A DNA stretch of 63,434 nt, filler included, from Choristocarpus tenellus KU-1152 (Eukaryota > Protista > Phaeophyceae), in NCBI GenBank assembly GCA_964200185.2. It is 9 parts of 9 records of this genome, joined end to end, with 100 filler letters (N's around TTAATTAATTAA, not from the genome) between each part and the next. Parts side by side here need not be neighbours in the genome. Positions count along the whole stretch, not along the records: positions 45,992 to 52,268 come from CAXNAD020008502.1; positions 52,369 to 57,701 come from CAXNAD020011120.1; positions 57,802 to 63,434 come from CAXNAD020010184.1; 6 more parts are not named here. One strand, written 5' to 3'. Below the pieces are notes generated by a model, which did no database searches, was not told the DNA's origin, and worked only from the letters and a program-made list of their open reading frames with translations. The translations under genes were made by a program, and so were the position numbers. Positions 50,645 to 63,434 of the stretch are shown here, piece by piece (the first letter of the stretch is position 1; every line of letters begins with the position of its first letter).

Positions 50645-51416
50645 CAGTGCACACCGATGGTGAAGCGTCTAGGTCAACTCTGCAAAGGAACGGGCATCCC
50701 AAACACTACGAAGAACGGTAGCCCATTCACAGTGGGTCGGATTTCCGCATGGACGTAGTCTTCCATGCTTGGGCACTTGCGGTCGCTGGATCGACTCCTT
50801 ACCGGGAAAAAGGCCTCCTCCTGGATATTACGTTTGCAGAAGTGCAAGGAACCTCCCATCTGCCCCACTCATCCACCAGCAATGGTGTAGCTGCTGCTGC
50901 AGCTGAGCCACGGAAGTGCACCCACAATGAGGGTTCTTTTGACCGTCGTAGTTTTAACCTCCTTAACACCTTTGTGGTGGAAATTTTTGGGCACCTCGGT
51001 AAGCAAGCAGAACGTTTTCTGGATGAGTTGGCTACGCACGTGGTAGGGGGGAGAGGGCCAGGAACCTAAAGCAGGAGGGAAGCTGTCAGATCTTGTTTAC
51101 GACTGATAGTGTCTGTCAAAACAGAAATGGCTCTATCAAGACGTGTCATGCATTTTATGGTGGAGAGACCAGGGAGGTGGGCAAGGAGGGGTCTGTGATA
51201 TTCTTGGGATGCTTCCCTAGCTCTTCGCCCTGTGGTGTAGGGCTAGGCTAGGCTAGAGGCATAGGAGGGGAGTGGTGTAGCATAGCTGGTAGTCAAATGG
51301 TAACTAGATGAATGTGTTACACATTTACGACAACTGTTACTTTTTCAGGTGTTCTTATGATATTGAATTGGCTTTTCCCCTGACACGTCTGCAAAATGTT
51401 AGATCGCATAATAATA
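50645..51416 (+). mobile_element. 5'-truncated RLE-type non-LTR retrotransposon copy
   Basis: ORF 50749-51069 MDVVFHAWALAVAGSTPYREKGLLLDITFAEVQ...AAEPRKCTHNEGSFDRRSF..VEIFGHLGKQAERFLDELA, with the same 3' UTR and AAT tail as the 28725-29484 copy. Confidence 0.82.
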
Positions 51417-51429
51417 TATACGAGACTGC

Positions 51430-52268
51430 TATTCATTCAGAGTTGTCAAACATCAAAGATTCACTTTGTTCTGACGTCTTGATAGTTCTGATGATCATCC
51501 CTCACAAGATCCTCAGTCAGCCAGTCTCCACAGTTTTGTGCAAGCAGTCTTGCACATGTCCAACCTTAACCTCGTCTTCTCGGTTACGGTTCATCTTGGT
51601 CCGTCTGGTCAGTCTTTGCCTAGTGATTCTCTTCACCACCCTTACCTAAGTGAACCATCGAACCACGGATTCACATGAGGGCCATCTCTGTCTTTCACTG
51701 TTTGAGGGGACTACCGACCAAGCTCTTCCACCACACCCACATCCACTGGATAAATACCATGTTACACCTCAAGCTAGTAGCGTAATTATCCTTTTCACAG
51801 GTAATCTCCAATCGTACCATCTTGTGGGCACTTTCCTCTCCTCTACCTCTGAAGGGGGGCACCCCATCACCCCGTTTCTGTGATGACGGCTTGATCGCCT
51901 TCTTGAGAAGCTTAGTCACGCTATACTGCTCGTTGCTCTCATCATCATTATCAGAGATTTCTCTCCCCTCAATCGCATTTTCTTCTGCAAGATCTATTTA
52001 TTCCTCCTCCTCCTCCTCCAATGGATCCGAAGGGTTCTAGAGGTCATCCTATGTGAGATTCTCAGAGAGTTAGTTGCGCTCAGTCACCATCTTCTTCAAC
52101 TCAGTTTCGATTAAGGCCCAGCGCTGTATAGTGGATGGAATTGGCTAGTTCACATTATTATGACACCATCCTTTGTTAAAACATAGGCTACTCATTTGTT
52201 TCTTGTTGATATGATACACATCTACCAGCTTGTACTGACTGTTGATTGGTGCACTGCACTGGTTGTTA
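51430..52268 (-). mobile_element. Decayed Gypsy-like integrase C-terminal relic
   Basis: Homologous to window bases ~40-135. The minus frame reads RNREDEVKVGHV. Confidence 0.4.
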
Positions 52269-53049
52269 NNNNNNNNNNNNNNNNNNNNNNNNNNNNNNNN
52301 NNNNNNNNNNNNTTAATTAATTAANNNNNNNNNNNNNNNNNNNNNNNNNNNNNNNNNNNNNNNNNNNNAAGGATATTGACACTCCCTAACAAACACGATA
52401 GCCAAAATTACATCCAAATCGCAACATTGGATTTTGACCCCCCAAATGGACGGGGCCCTACCCTCTAAGATACTTTGGCTCTTGGACAGGTTGTAGAAGA
52501 GGTAAGGAAGGAGAATGGAGGAGGAGTGAGCCTTCAAGTGGGAAGGGGGGGTAGGTCCTTGCCACCAAATCAATCCTATTTGTGGATCACGAATTACTCA
52601 TTACTTATTACTCGCGAAAATGTTTCCTATTCCTGAACTCTTCCATGTTCTAGTTCAATAGCCCATACCTATCTCCTATTTCTTCAGAATGCAAACGCGC
52701 TCTCTTACATCGTCTGGTTGTTTCTTACGAATTTTACACAAGGATAGAAAGCGTATTATTGACAGTGTACCCTCCTTCTCGGTCTTCTCACAGTCATGGC
52801 AACCTCTGATTCATCTCGAAAGTACTCCAGAAGTTTGTGGCATCAAAGCGGCAAATTGTCAATGTTTATAGTGTTCGAGTATAAAAATAGGACAGTGTTC
52901 TCTCTTTCTCCTTTTACAGAGATTAATGGTTGTAGCAAGAGGAGCATGGATTACTACTGCTCACCAAGCACAACTACAAACATGTGTATATATCTCCATA
53001 TATCCACCCTATTATCCCAATTGGGTGCCTCCCAGTTATGACTTTGATG

Positions 53050-56000
53050 GGTTATCCAGCTAGTTACCGCCTAGCAATGTGCCCTACTCTGTTAATTCCA
53101 TTATGGTAGCCAATGGCTGGTAGTGCTTGTGGTAAGAATGACAAAATCTACGACAAATGCTGTCTTCATCAGATTTCCAATTATCTGTTTTGTGGTTATC
53201 AAACCAGGTACCACCCTACAATATGTGACCAAATCTGTCAATTGTATCACCGATGCTAATGAATTTCCCAGTTGCAACCAAAGTGGCGTAAGAACTGCGA
53301 TAGATAATTTAGCCAGGGCACCGGAATATATTTTGTAGATATATAAAACACATGAAAGAGCTCAAGACTCTTCCTGGCAAAGCTCTTAGAGAGCATATAA
53401 TGTGTACATCATGTCTACTATTGCGTATATTGGGGATGGAAACCACACTTTTCCTCATGAAGGTTCTTCTCCCGATCCAGGCAATGCCCCATCTGACTTG
53501 CAATACCTTTGGGTATGACGTTGCCAACATGTATCACCAATGAGATCCACCTCCAGTTACCAGAGTCAGTGCAGTCATTCTTCTTGCAAAACATTTCATA
53601 CAACCATAAAACACAACTTCAACACGCATGTCAGCCTCGACCATTGGAGTCTCAGGCTCGAGTGGATACACCTGAGATTCTGTCACATAGCAGTATTTAC
53701 GAAAACAACTCCTAGCTTTCTGGTTCCTCAAACTGATCTCAGCAGTGATAGTGACTTGGTCACTGATGGTGCCCCCCCAAGGTAAACGAAGTATCTGTCT
53801 GGTTGCAGGCCTGATCCAGTGCCTGGATCTGCATGGTATCTCTGCAGGCTGATTAGAAGAGGGTGAATCCACATAGTCTCTGTATTCAGTACTGACATAT
53901 TCAGATCGAATGATCTGAATTATCTGGTTACCTTCACAATTATCGTCATCATCCTGCCCAAATCTTCTCAGGTCCTGGAGGCAACGCACTCATCATCAGC
54001 ATAAAACATACTTCAAAGTATACATCACTGAGGATGTGTCCTACTGGCGGCGTCATAAACGCTGTCATGACTTTGAAGTTCCAGATTTTATATATTTGTA
54101 CTCCTTGACAATCTTTTTGTCATTATGAGATAATATATTTGTGTTACAGCACGCTCCAAAGCTTACCTCTATGGGATGTATAACTCCAATGCACAGGCCT
54201 ATAGACGGTGCTGATGCTTGTACACGGCTCCTGGGATACTCCGACAGTCAAAATGTTCAACGGGGATGATGAATATCATATCAATAGATAAAGGTACCCT
54301 TCTGAAGTCAATAAGCACGTATGTAAGAATTGATATGAGAAAAGTGAGATGTGGACGATCTCTTGATCATCATTTACAATTTATTCCGGTTTACAGACGT
54401 TGAAATACATATGAAACCATTGCACACATTCCCAAGTCAGAGATCTTACTCTGCAACTTTTAGCAAATCGGATTTCTCCCTTTTTGGGGTTCCACACGCG
54501 CGTACATTGCTCGCGCTGGTTAGAGTAGAGAAGAAATACTTGCGCTATTCGCCTGAAACATTTGCCCCACATAGTTGTTCAGTCCATTATATATTCCCCA
54601 ATCAAAACTATAAAGTGACTAATCAAAGTGAGAGATCCAGCACATTTGATGGTATTTCTATTAAGGCGCCCTCTACGAGCTTTGTCTTTACCCTACAGAC
54701 TTGTGATTGGAGTTATATAACCCAAAATAATAAATTTATGGAGTGTTTGTGCCATACGCACCAACCTGCCCATATGTGGCTCCATGTGTAGTCCACACTC
54801 CCTAGCACTCGTTCTCCTCTGATCTGAGTGTTTGTTTATGGATGATCTCCTGATGACAACAAGATCTCCCTTATATACTCAAGAGATGCACGATCTCTTA
54901 CGGGTCACTATGGGAATTAGAAAATCAAGACAATATTTAGGTGAAAAAAAAGGATGACATTGAAGCGGTTCGAACCCTCGAAGACCATTCAATCAGGTTT
55001 TACGTGATCGATGAGATATGAGGACGCTCATATATTCAGATACATGTGAAAGTGAGGGTAGTGTAGTATCACACGAATGAATCACCATGTAGGATAATAA
55101 CCTATCTTTCAACTAGACGAAGTGTTTGCGCCATGAACTGATCCAACCCCCCTCATCCATACTGGACAGATCAAAGGTGAACATTGTGTTGTATAGAAGC
55201 GCGGGTATGTGGTTGTTTGCGGAGGATTAGCATAATTAGACCGTCAGAGTGTCCGTTTTCCTTGTTTGAGATATCATCAAGGATCTCTGTCTTATCCGAA
55301 ATCTGGCGTATTTGGTAAATTAGCTCTCAAAGCGAAGAGCTTGTGGGGCCTACATTGTTGGCAAAGTCTGGTCGGCGTACATGTATGTAGAACTTTCTGG
55401 TTGGATTTTCAAACACTCTCAAGGTAGAGTAGACTTCAACTCTGACCTGTGACGAATCGATGTGGTCCTTGGTCACCCCTCCACCTGTCCAAGCAAACAT
55501 ACGGGAGAGAATATCACTCCTGGTGCGCTCGATTTTCCTTTTCAACCCTACCTTTTTTTATTCCTCTTGGCACTCCTCTGTTCGTAGGCATCAATGTTCG
55601 CGGTGCCATTACAGCGAACCCGTGAAACCGCCGACTTCTGGTCAGTATAGGCCCCTTCAGAGCAGTATGATCAACCCACTCACTTGATAGGAGCACCTCG
55701 TTCAAATTCAATGCGAGCATTAATGATGCTGTCCTCTGAGTTGTGAAAGTTAGCTTGTGATTGAGGAGACTAGTTGCTCCGACATATTGTTGTGTCTTCC
55801 TCTAGATAGAGTAATCCAATCGCCTTATCTCAGTACACGCCCAGTTCCGTCTCCCCTCCTAACACCTAATGCACTTTTGGATTCACGAGATCCTACTGGG
55901 ATTATGTGCGCTGAGACAGACAACATTCTCCAAGCCGATCTTGCTCTGTCGACAAGGCACATTTCCCAAGTTCCGCATCATGCACCCTCACACCAGCCAG

Positions 56001-56100
56001 CTGGAACCATTCTCGCGGCTCACGCTGATATCTAGATTAGCACTTGGTTGGGAGGCTTTGATATAATTTTATGAGCTTGAGCTGTTACTCGTGACATTGG
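53050..56100 (-). mobile_element. RTE-clade LINE relic
   Basis: Minus strand, in order: AGWCEG (~55990), a CFIDLQK-like stretch (~54300), SMFYADDECVASR (~54010-53975), then YFVYLGGTISDQVTITAEISLRNQKARSCFRKY and VEVVFYGC (~53790-53595). Confidence 0.82.
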
Positions 56101-56446
56101 TAGACCGGGTGGGCAAAATTCCGTTGTGTATGTTCATCCTTCTCCTTCCTCAGAACTCACCCTCACCACCTCAGCCCCTATATCCTCTTCAGACCATGCT
56201 AGTTATGCCATGTACGAGATATTTATTGCCACCTATCACGTCGCATTACTGCCTGAAACACCCAATTCACATATTGGCACGAATCGTAACTTTCTAGTGA
56301 GGATAGAGCACAGTGGACAACATACTTCTGGATATGGCTTGTGCTGAACACCCTGCCACCCTCACCCCCCCCTTCCACAGGATAGATAGTATTGGTTGAG
56401 AGGGTGTCCCAGCCTGGTTGTGAGAAGTACACACGTTTGGCCCATC

Positions 56447-57417
56447 ATGCCAAAGCAGGCAGAGGGGAATGGTCAAGATGATTCTCCCCAGGACATGGAA
56501 ATTGATCACTCCGAGCCATTAGTTGATGAGGTTGGTAACCTTCTCACTGTACGTGGGGGTACAGAAGAGGCAGATGATCCAGGTGAACCTAGTAGAGCCT
56601 GTGGCACTGAGTTGCGGAGAAGGACAGAAATTCTGAATAGAAAACGTGCAGCCTCAATGCCTGCCGAGGGTGGTGAATTTTGTGCAGGCGGAGCTGGAAG
56701 TGGACGCTGCAGTTCTGGGGCAGCTTTGCTGGAGCCTCCCTTGAAGACTCTACGGACAGAAGAGGGAGAAAAAGCTCAGGCAGCCAGTACAGTGCCGATG
56801 GGATTTAGAGGGGGTGGAAATGTGACAAATTCTGGAATGGGAGGAGGTGGGTCAGGAGGTAGTGGCCTGACGAACAATGCATCAGTTGGGTTAGTCCAGG
56901 GTGGGAATGAGGCAATCCCTGGTATTGTGGGGGCAGGGGCAGGGGCAGGGGCAGGGGCAGGTACAGATGCCAGTAGAATGAGAGTTTTCACAGTTCCACC
57001 GGAGATTGTTGGAAGAAGGAAGGATGTTAGGCCTTCCTTGGTTGGGTATAGACAGGACTCTCCAATAGTGGGCACAAGAGAGGAGTTGAGGGACAAGGAG
57101 GCTGCAAATTTAGGGTTAGGGACTGGAGCAGCAGCAGGTGGAGGGGGGGTCGAAGCATTGACTGACAGAGAGCAGGGCCAGCAGGAGGCAGGATCTTTCT
57201 CAGTTGCAGCAGCAAGGGCAGTGTCAGGTTGGGAGAGGGAGGATTCAATGTCTGGGGATGGAGCAAGGGCTGACAGTGGCCTTGTGACGGGGGTAAGGCC
57301 GGTGGCTAGGGTTAGGGCGGGACCCGGGGCTGTTGAAGGGGCAGGGCAAAGCACAGATGTTGGGGATCTTACAAGCGATGATTTCCAGTGCAATATCTGT
57401 TGGGAAATGCTAGCCAG
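56447..57417 (+). CDS. RING-finger (putative E3 ligase) protein, first coding exon
   Basis: Open frame of ~323 codons from ATG 56447, Gly/Ala-rich, ending LTSDDFQCNICWEMLAR at an AG|GTAAGA donor. This is the first CxxC of a RING domain. Confidence 0.75.
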
Positions 57418-57840
57418 GTAAGAGGTAGGTTAGGGTAAGGGCTGGGTTAAAGGCTAGGGTTGGCAGTAAACGCATTGGATGTACACGGTGTTGTATATGT
57501 AAAATCTCTTTGAAGATATCGCTTAAGTGAGTGTAGAGATGTGTGCTCTTACCAACAAACATATGTAATGAACTCAAGGAAGTGTTATTAGTGAGGCTAC
57601 ACATCCGTAATACTCCCCCCCCCCCCGCTGTTATTTGGACAAACATTCCAAAGCAATGTAGGCAAAAGGACAGTGTATGCAAAGATGAACAAAAACCAGA
57701 ANNNNNNNNNNNNNNNNNNNNNNNNNNNNNNNNNNNNNNNNNNNNTTAATTAATTAANNNNNNNNNNNNNNNNNNNNNNNNNNNNNNNNNNNNNNNNNNN
57801 NCTGCCCACCCGGTTGCCCACCAGTTACTTTTGCTAGCAG

Positions 57841-59789
57841 GGGTGCCTGTGGCAGCGCCCAGTGCTAACCGGTTTGGCCATGTGAGGTGTGTGTTTGTGT
57901 GTGTTTGTGTTTGGTGTTGCTTTTGTGCGCTAGTTTAGATTTATGTTTGATGAAAATTGCGTGTCTCTAACCCTAACCCTAACCCTAACCCTTACCGAGA
58001 ATAGATTTGAAGAGGATGCAGCTCTGAGGTTGTTAGGAATTGTTCTATAACTGCATTTGTGACTAGCATGTCAGCTCTGATGTTGCAGCTCGTAAGTCAA
58101 TGGCCCATCCTGTAATGAGGGGAATGCCTTTTACTCCTATTGTACTGGGTCTCCTCTAGACAAGAGTGGTCAAATATCCAAAATGTGTGACACTAGACTG
58201 CTGTGTACTAATGCAACCCTACGCAATGACTCGAATTGACGCCCACTCCCCAGCCCTTGCCCCTCCTTTGTGTTACCTGTTTCATTGCTTGCTTCTGATT
58301 GGGCAAGAGCACCTTACCATTATATCCCCCTTCCTTCTAACCCCACTGCAGTGCTACCCAGGCAGCTCATGTCTTGGAGGATCTTGGAGAGAGCGACATC
58401 ACCATTCTTGATGGAGATGAGGCTGGGGCTTGTGAAATTGGTATTGAGTCCACAGTTGTTAAGGTTGACATTCCCAACACCCGATTGGTTGTCCTGCGAC
58501 AGGGGTGTGTGACTGAGCCTCAACTCAGGCAGGCGCTTTTGGAGGGAGGGGGGTTGTTCTCTAAGTTCTCAGTGGAGATAGCGTTGACCAACAGCAAGGA
58601 TAAACCTCCACATGGAGAGAAGTCAGGAGAGGGACTAAGGGGAGAAGCAGGGGGGGAACTGGGAAGTGATATGAAGACGCAATCTCCAGGTGTGTGCCTT
58701 CAAAGGCGTGCTGGTATTCTAAATTAGAATTGATTGTGGTACAATATTTGTTCTTGTTGTTATTGGAGAGTATGAATTTTTTGTGGAGTATTATGTGTAC
58801 GCATGGGGAGTTTGATGGGTGAGTGGCGTGCCTTTGTTATCATAGATACTTGTATTCTTTCAAAGGCTTTTTAGTGCGATCTCTTCGCCTGCAAGATGTG
58901 CATGCAGTAGAGGAAGGCATTGATACGTTTCTTTCTTGTAGCCATTATACTTCAAATCGTAACATGTCATTGTACGTCAAATCGTAACATGTCATTGTAC
59001 TTCAAATCGTAACATGTCATTGTACTTCAAATCGTAACATGTCATTCTACTTCAAATCGTAACATGTCATTGTACTTCAAATCGTAACATGCCATTGTAC
59101 TTCAAATCGTAACATGTCATTGTACTTCAAATCGTAACATGCCATTGTACTTCAAATCGTAACATGTCATTGTACTTCAAATCGTAACATGCCACGGCCA
59201 TTCATTGCATGGGGGATGCAAGCTACAGCAATCTCTCCCACCCCCCCCAGAGTCACTCCTACTGAAGTTGTAGCCTTTGCAAGGTCAATTTGCTCCACTT
59301 TCGCCCATGTAGAAATCGCATCCTGAGAGCTCACCCGCTTCCGCCTCTGTACGTCTTTGTACTCTAGTCGTAGTCATGCTAATGATGAAACTGTAGCTCA
59401 TCAGACAGGACGTTGGACAATGTGAAGGAGTGCTCTCGTTAATGGCGGAGGAGCAGCGAAGTGCCTCCTTCTTAGCACGTTTTAAATTGCAAAGTGGAGA
59501 TGAAGAATCTATAATTAGCAAATGCCCAGAGTTTTTTTGTTCCCTTCTGTTGGCAGCTAATTAGAGATGCTAGCAAACGACTTTTGTCACGTCCTGTGCG
59601 ATGCTTTGCTCATGGTTTACCAAAGGGGACTTCGTCGGGTGCCCCTCACCTTAGATATGCTCTCACAAAGGTGCTCGAGATATTTCTTGGAAGTGAGGGT
59701 AATGACTTCAGGTGTTCTTATGGTTCTGAACCACCACGGCTATTATTGGTTGAGCTCTATCGTATGTCCACATCTCCAAACTTCACTGT

Positions 59790-59824
<35 letters not shown>

Positions 59825-61085
59825 GCGCGTGTGTGTGTGTGTGTGTGTGTTTAGGACAGCTGTTGCAACACTACTCTCCTTATCTGGAGACATACCTTGT
59901 TGTTATGGGCGATATGACTGTCGCAGCTACAAACAGTGTACAGACTAGGGAATCAACAGAGGGACTGGCGCACAAGAACGATTTCAACCTCCCAGGGTTG
60001 GCAAGGTAGTCTGATGCAATGTGTAGGGATCGCTCGGAGTGCTATAGAGCTGCTCTGGCTGAGCAGATGTGCTGTCCAGGTTGGGTTGATGTGAGGTGGC
60101 AATATTATCTAATATGTGAAGTATTTGCCATTGCAATTTACAGTGGTTTTAGCTCTGTTCTTTAGTTGCCAAGGTCTTGAGAAGTTTGGCTGGAGGAAGA
60201 TTTTCAAATGATTGATTGCAGCGTCCCCCTTTGACAAAATCAATAATAGAGATAACCTCAGCAAATATTTTAACTGAAGTCTTCCCTACCTGCCCTTAAC
60301 TCTCTCCAACAGTACAAGCGTGGTTATAGACTTTGGAGGGCAACTACAGGCCTTGCGAGGCACTGCCCTGGCCTACAAAGATCTGTCCCCCGGTGGAGAT
60401 GCCAAGGAAGCTGCGGTGGGGCTATTCCGTTCTTTACGCTGGGCAGAGGCGCATGCATCAGCTGAACGACTGCTGATTCTAGGTGGGTGGGTGCTCTCCG
60501 ATGCCGTGCATGCAAGTGTGGGGCAGGTCCTATGGTACCTGAGGGTTGAATACCTCTCTTGAGCTTTTCGGTACGTTCGAGTTTTGACGAGAGGTTGTGG
60601 CGTTTGTCTCCTTTATCGTATAGGGGAAGAAAAAAAAAACTTTGCTGCGGTTCATTGTCCCTGATGGACGCATGATACCAACATTGACAACGGTGGTCCT
60701 GCAAGTTGTGTATGCCTGGAAGAGAGGGGGTGATGCCCACTACTAACCTTTAATGTTCTTGGGGCGAGTTTTGTACACTTCACACTTCAAGAGGAGAGGC
60801 CTGAGCAAGAAATGCCCACACGAAATCATTTTTTTTGGTGTCTACTTCATTGTGTCTGCTTCATTGTGTTGACAGGGCTCTCTCTACTGCTGACTTCACA
60901 GTCTGCCCCACTGTGCTGTGTGGGGGGGATTACCCCCCTGCTCAATTTTTTTTGTTTGTTTTTTTGAACGTGATCATCCCGCTCTGTCTTCAGGGTTGCC
61001 AAGCAGGTCTAATGACGACCTATCCGGTGCAGTCAATGATCGCATCTACAGGGCGGCCTCAGGCAAAGTAATTCAAGGCTGGTGA
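57841..61085 (+). CDS. SUA5: Threonylcarbamoyl-AMP synthase Sua5 (YrdC plus SUA5 domain), 3' part
   Basis: Exons 57841-57886 (VPVAAPSANRFGHVS), 58352-58689 (ATQAAHVLEDL..ILDG..CEIGIESTVV..VLRQG..SPG), 59855-60005 (QLLQHYSP), 60313-60482 (VIDFGG..DLSPGGDAKEAAVGLFRSLRWAE) and 60994-61085 (AVNDRIYRAASGK, stop). All are phase-compatible. Confidence 0.93.
58941..59194. repeat. 25-bp minisatellite, ~10 copies, in a SUA5 intron
   Basis: Unit TACTTCAAATCGTAACATG(T/C)CATTG. Confidence 0.95.
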
Positions 61086-61493
61086 CCTTGTCGGCAACGG
61101 TGGGGGGTTAGGGTTAGGGTTGCCTCCATGTGTTGGTTGAACAGGACAAACTGCTGCTGGAGACAGACAGTCCTGTTCATGCTCGCTCTCTCTGGTCTGG
61201 CTGGGAATTGACTCCAGCACCCTTCATATGCACCACATTTGCTTTTAAATAAACCACACTGTTTTGAATGAAGGAGATTTCACTCGCTTCACCATGAAGG
61301 CTGAATGGAGGCTGCCAAAGAAATGTGGATAGGAGATGAGCTTCTGGTGTACAAATTGCCGCTTGGTCTATTTGGACATGGTGTACAACAACAACAACAA
61401 AAAGAAATCCAGAGGCATTGAAAAGAAAAAAAAGAAATACGACTCCACCAAGTGAGAGGGCGTTCTCTATCTCCTTTACTTGTTTTTGGCCTT

Positions 61494-62468
61494 TTAAGCT
61501 TCCCATTCCCTAGTGGCAAAGGTTGTCATTGGTGATGAGGGACGTATTGACAACACCTGCCTACCAACACTGCTGCAATGTGCATCATATGCACCAGGAC
61601 CTGGGAATGCAGCCGCATCCTTAGTACAATCAGCACCTCCCAAGCCAGTACCGCCCTCGGTGCCTGCCTCATCGCCCCCAAGCCCAGCACCCATTTTCAC
61701 TTGACACCTTGGTGCTGGATGCGTGCTGGTTGCATCCAGGTTTGGCTGGAAGCTCCCTGGCCCAGGCTCAGGCTTCTTGCCGACCTTGAACATTGTCAGA
61801 TCCTCACTCCCAAGACCCTCTCGGTTGAAAGGGTATGCTGGTTGGGACACTCTCCTCGATATCGTCTGTGGGCCAATTGATGAGTAGTCTAGTCGACTCA
61901 TTCCTACCTCCTCCCCGTCTAGTGCCATCCCTGTCTCATCCTGAAACTTGTCCTCACCTCCAGCCGATACGCCGTGAGGGTCCAGTGGTCGCTGCGCCCC
62001 CAGACTGGTTGTTGGGGGTGGGCTACCAAAGGACCATGCTGGTGATGACGGGCGTGTTGGGTGATGGAATGGTGATAACAGAGGAAGGGATTCATGTGGA
62101 GTGTCATTGGAAGATGGCGGTGCTGGCCTGGACATAGTGGCAGTGCTGAAAGGACCGTCTCCTGTAGAGGGGTTGAGGAGACCTGGAGAGTTGTTGCTTG
62201 AATCATTAACTCCTGAGGGTTTTTTGAGATGAGGGCGTGACTGCAATGGTTTGGTTCCAGTTCTCTTTTGAAGTTCTCTTCCACACATTGGGCTGTATCC
62301 CTGCTGGTTGTTCCGTCTTGTACTCATGCTTTTTTGCTGGGCTTGGTCAGTTTTTGCTCTGCCCAGTGAGGATTGGCTAGCTCCGGGGATTGCGAGGGGT
62401 TGGAGAGCGGCAGACTTAGAAGCCACCTTTTTTCGGATTGCGAGCCAATACTCTGCCTCTCCAGGTTC
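61494..62468 (-). CDS. SHIPPO/ODF3-like PGP-repeat (sperm-tail/axonemal) protein, last exon
   Basis: Open frame after the acceptor at 62469-62470, with motifs SSIGPQTISRRVSQPAYPF, PEPGPGSF and FPGPGAYDAHCSSVGRQVLSIRPSSPMTTF. Stop at 61494-61496. Confidence 0.72.
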   Translation of the reverse strand, partial: EPGEAEYWLAIRKKVASKSAALQPLAIPGASQSSLGRAKTDQAQQKSMSTRRNNQQGYSPMCGRELQKRTGTKPLQSRPHLKKPSGVNDSSNNSPGLLNPSTGDGPFSTATMSRPAPPSSNDTPHESLPLLSPFHHPTRPSSPAWSFGSPPPTTSLGAQRPLDPHGVSAGGEDKFQDETGMALDGEEVGMSRLDYSSIGPQTISRRVSQPAYPFNREGLGSEDLTMFKVGKKPEPGPGSFQPNLDATSTHPAPRCQVKMGAGLGGDEAGTEGGTGLGGADCTKDAAAFPGPGAYDAHCSSVGRQVLSIRPSSPMTTFATREWEA

Positions 62469-63434
62469 CTGGTATTGGGGGAGCATCAGCAGAGTGGTGT
62501 GGTGATGAGAATGATGCATCTGATGCCTGCAATCAGGGGTATTGAACATGGTAGAACAAGTGGCACATGCCTCAGAGTACCCTGCCTGTTTATTTGAGCC
62601 AATGCTTACAAAGTTGGTCTGTGGTTCATTGTAAACCCAAGCAATATGAACATTGACACAGTATGATGTATGTGGTAATACCAGTAGTAGCTGAAAAATT
62701 GTATCTTCTGGAAGTAGGGTCAGTTTTGGTACTTGTGGTGTTTGTTAGCATGCTCATGAAAGAACACAAGAAATGCATTGATTCACCACATTGTGCCGAT
62801 GTGAGACTGTAAACTCCCAAGCAGATAGGGTATCATTTTGTGGAGATCTCTGAGCATCTCCAGAGCTGTGGTCTGTGGTCATTGTTTACTGCCAAGTTTC
62901 TCTCTCTCTCTATATATATATGTATAATTTATGTACAAAAGAGCTCACTCATAGATCTCGTAAGCAGTTTCTGAATGACAGATTTTCCTTTTCATATCCA
63001 GAGGAACAGAGCACTCATGATTGGAGTGCTTCCTTTGTGTTGAAGAAATAATAGAGTGCTCAAATCCCATGTGCTGTGTGTTTGTAACAGAAACATTTAC
63101 CTGCTGCTGTTGGAGGAAGAGTACAGGATGTCTGTTGCACTCCGAAGTAGGTTGACATGTCCTCGAGAGATTTGTATCCTTAAATTCAATCTTAGTTTGA
63201 AAGAGGTGAAGAATTACTTCTTTGTGCATGAAATAATTGGCAATTTTATAGGAAAGGTTTGACAAAGCAGTAGAAATTCCGATACTTCTTAAGTAATACT
63301 ACTCTTGAATCTCTTGCCAGGTATTTTTCACGAAGTGATTGCGGCCAAGTATTCCAAAACTGTAGTTTACGTAAAAGTATCTTAGAGGGTACGAGTTTTG
63401 CCCTGTTTGTCCATTTGGGGCTTGGCTTCCCTCG

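Noticed and set aside
56776-57393. 205-aa Pro/Ala-rich minus-strand ORF
   Set aside because: Antisense shadow of the GC-rich RING exon.

Overview
Eukaryotic, intron-rich, repeat-rich nuclear DNA. TTAGGG telomeric motifs, GT-AG introns and the retroelement types suggest a stramenopile alga, probably a brown alga or close relative; this is inferred. The window is a pseudo-scaffold: eight artificial 100-nt N44-TTAATTAATTAA-N44 linkers join contigs, so adjacency across them is unproven. Spliced genes reconstructed by eye: an ionotropic glutamate receptor-like channel (+, 6 exons over 14 kb); a signal-peptide/LRGG/ubiquitin-like-domain protein (-); an F-box/JmjC protein (-) head-to-head with QCR6 (+); a RING-finger protein first exon (+); Sua5 (+) convergent with a SHIPPO/ODF3-repeat protein (-); and two sets of orphan exons. 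Introns and intergenic DNA hold decayed mobile elements: a plant-type mariner with Stowaway-like TIRs, RTE LINEs, restriction-like-endonuclease non-LTR elements, Copia and Gypsy relics, and a MITE family. The best leads are an unclassified ~6.7 kb multi-ORF element in a receptor intron, the secreted ubiquitin-like protein carrying a ubiquitin-tail mimic, and the receptor's atypical gate. All family calls come from motif recognition by eye; no searches were run.
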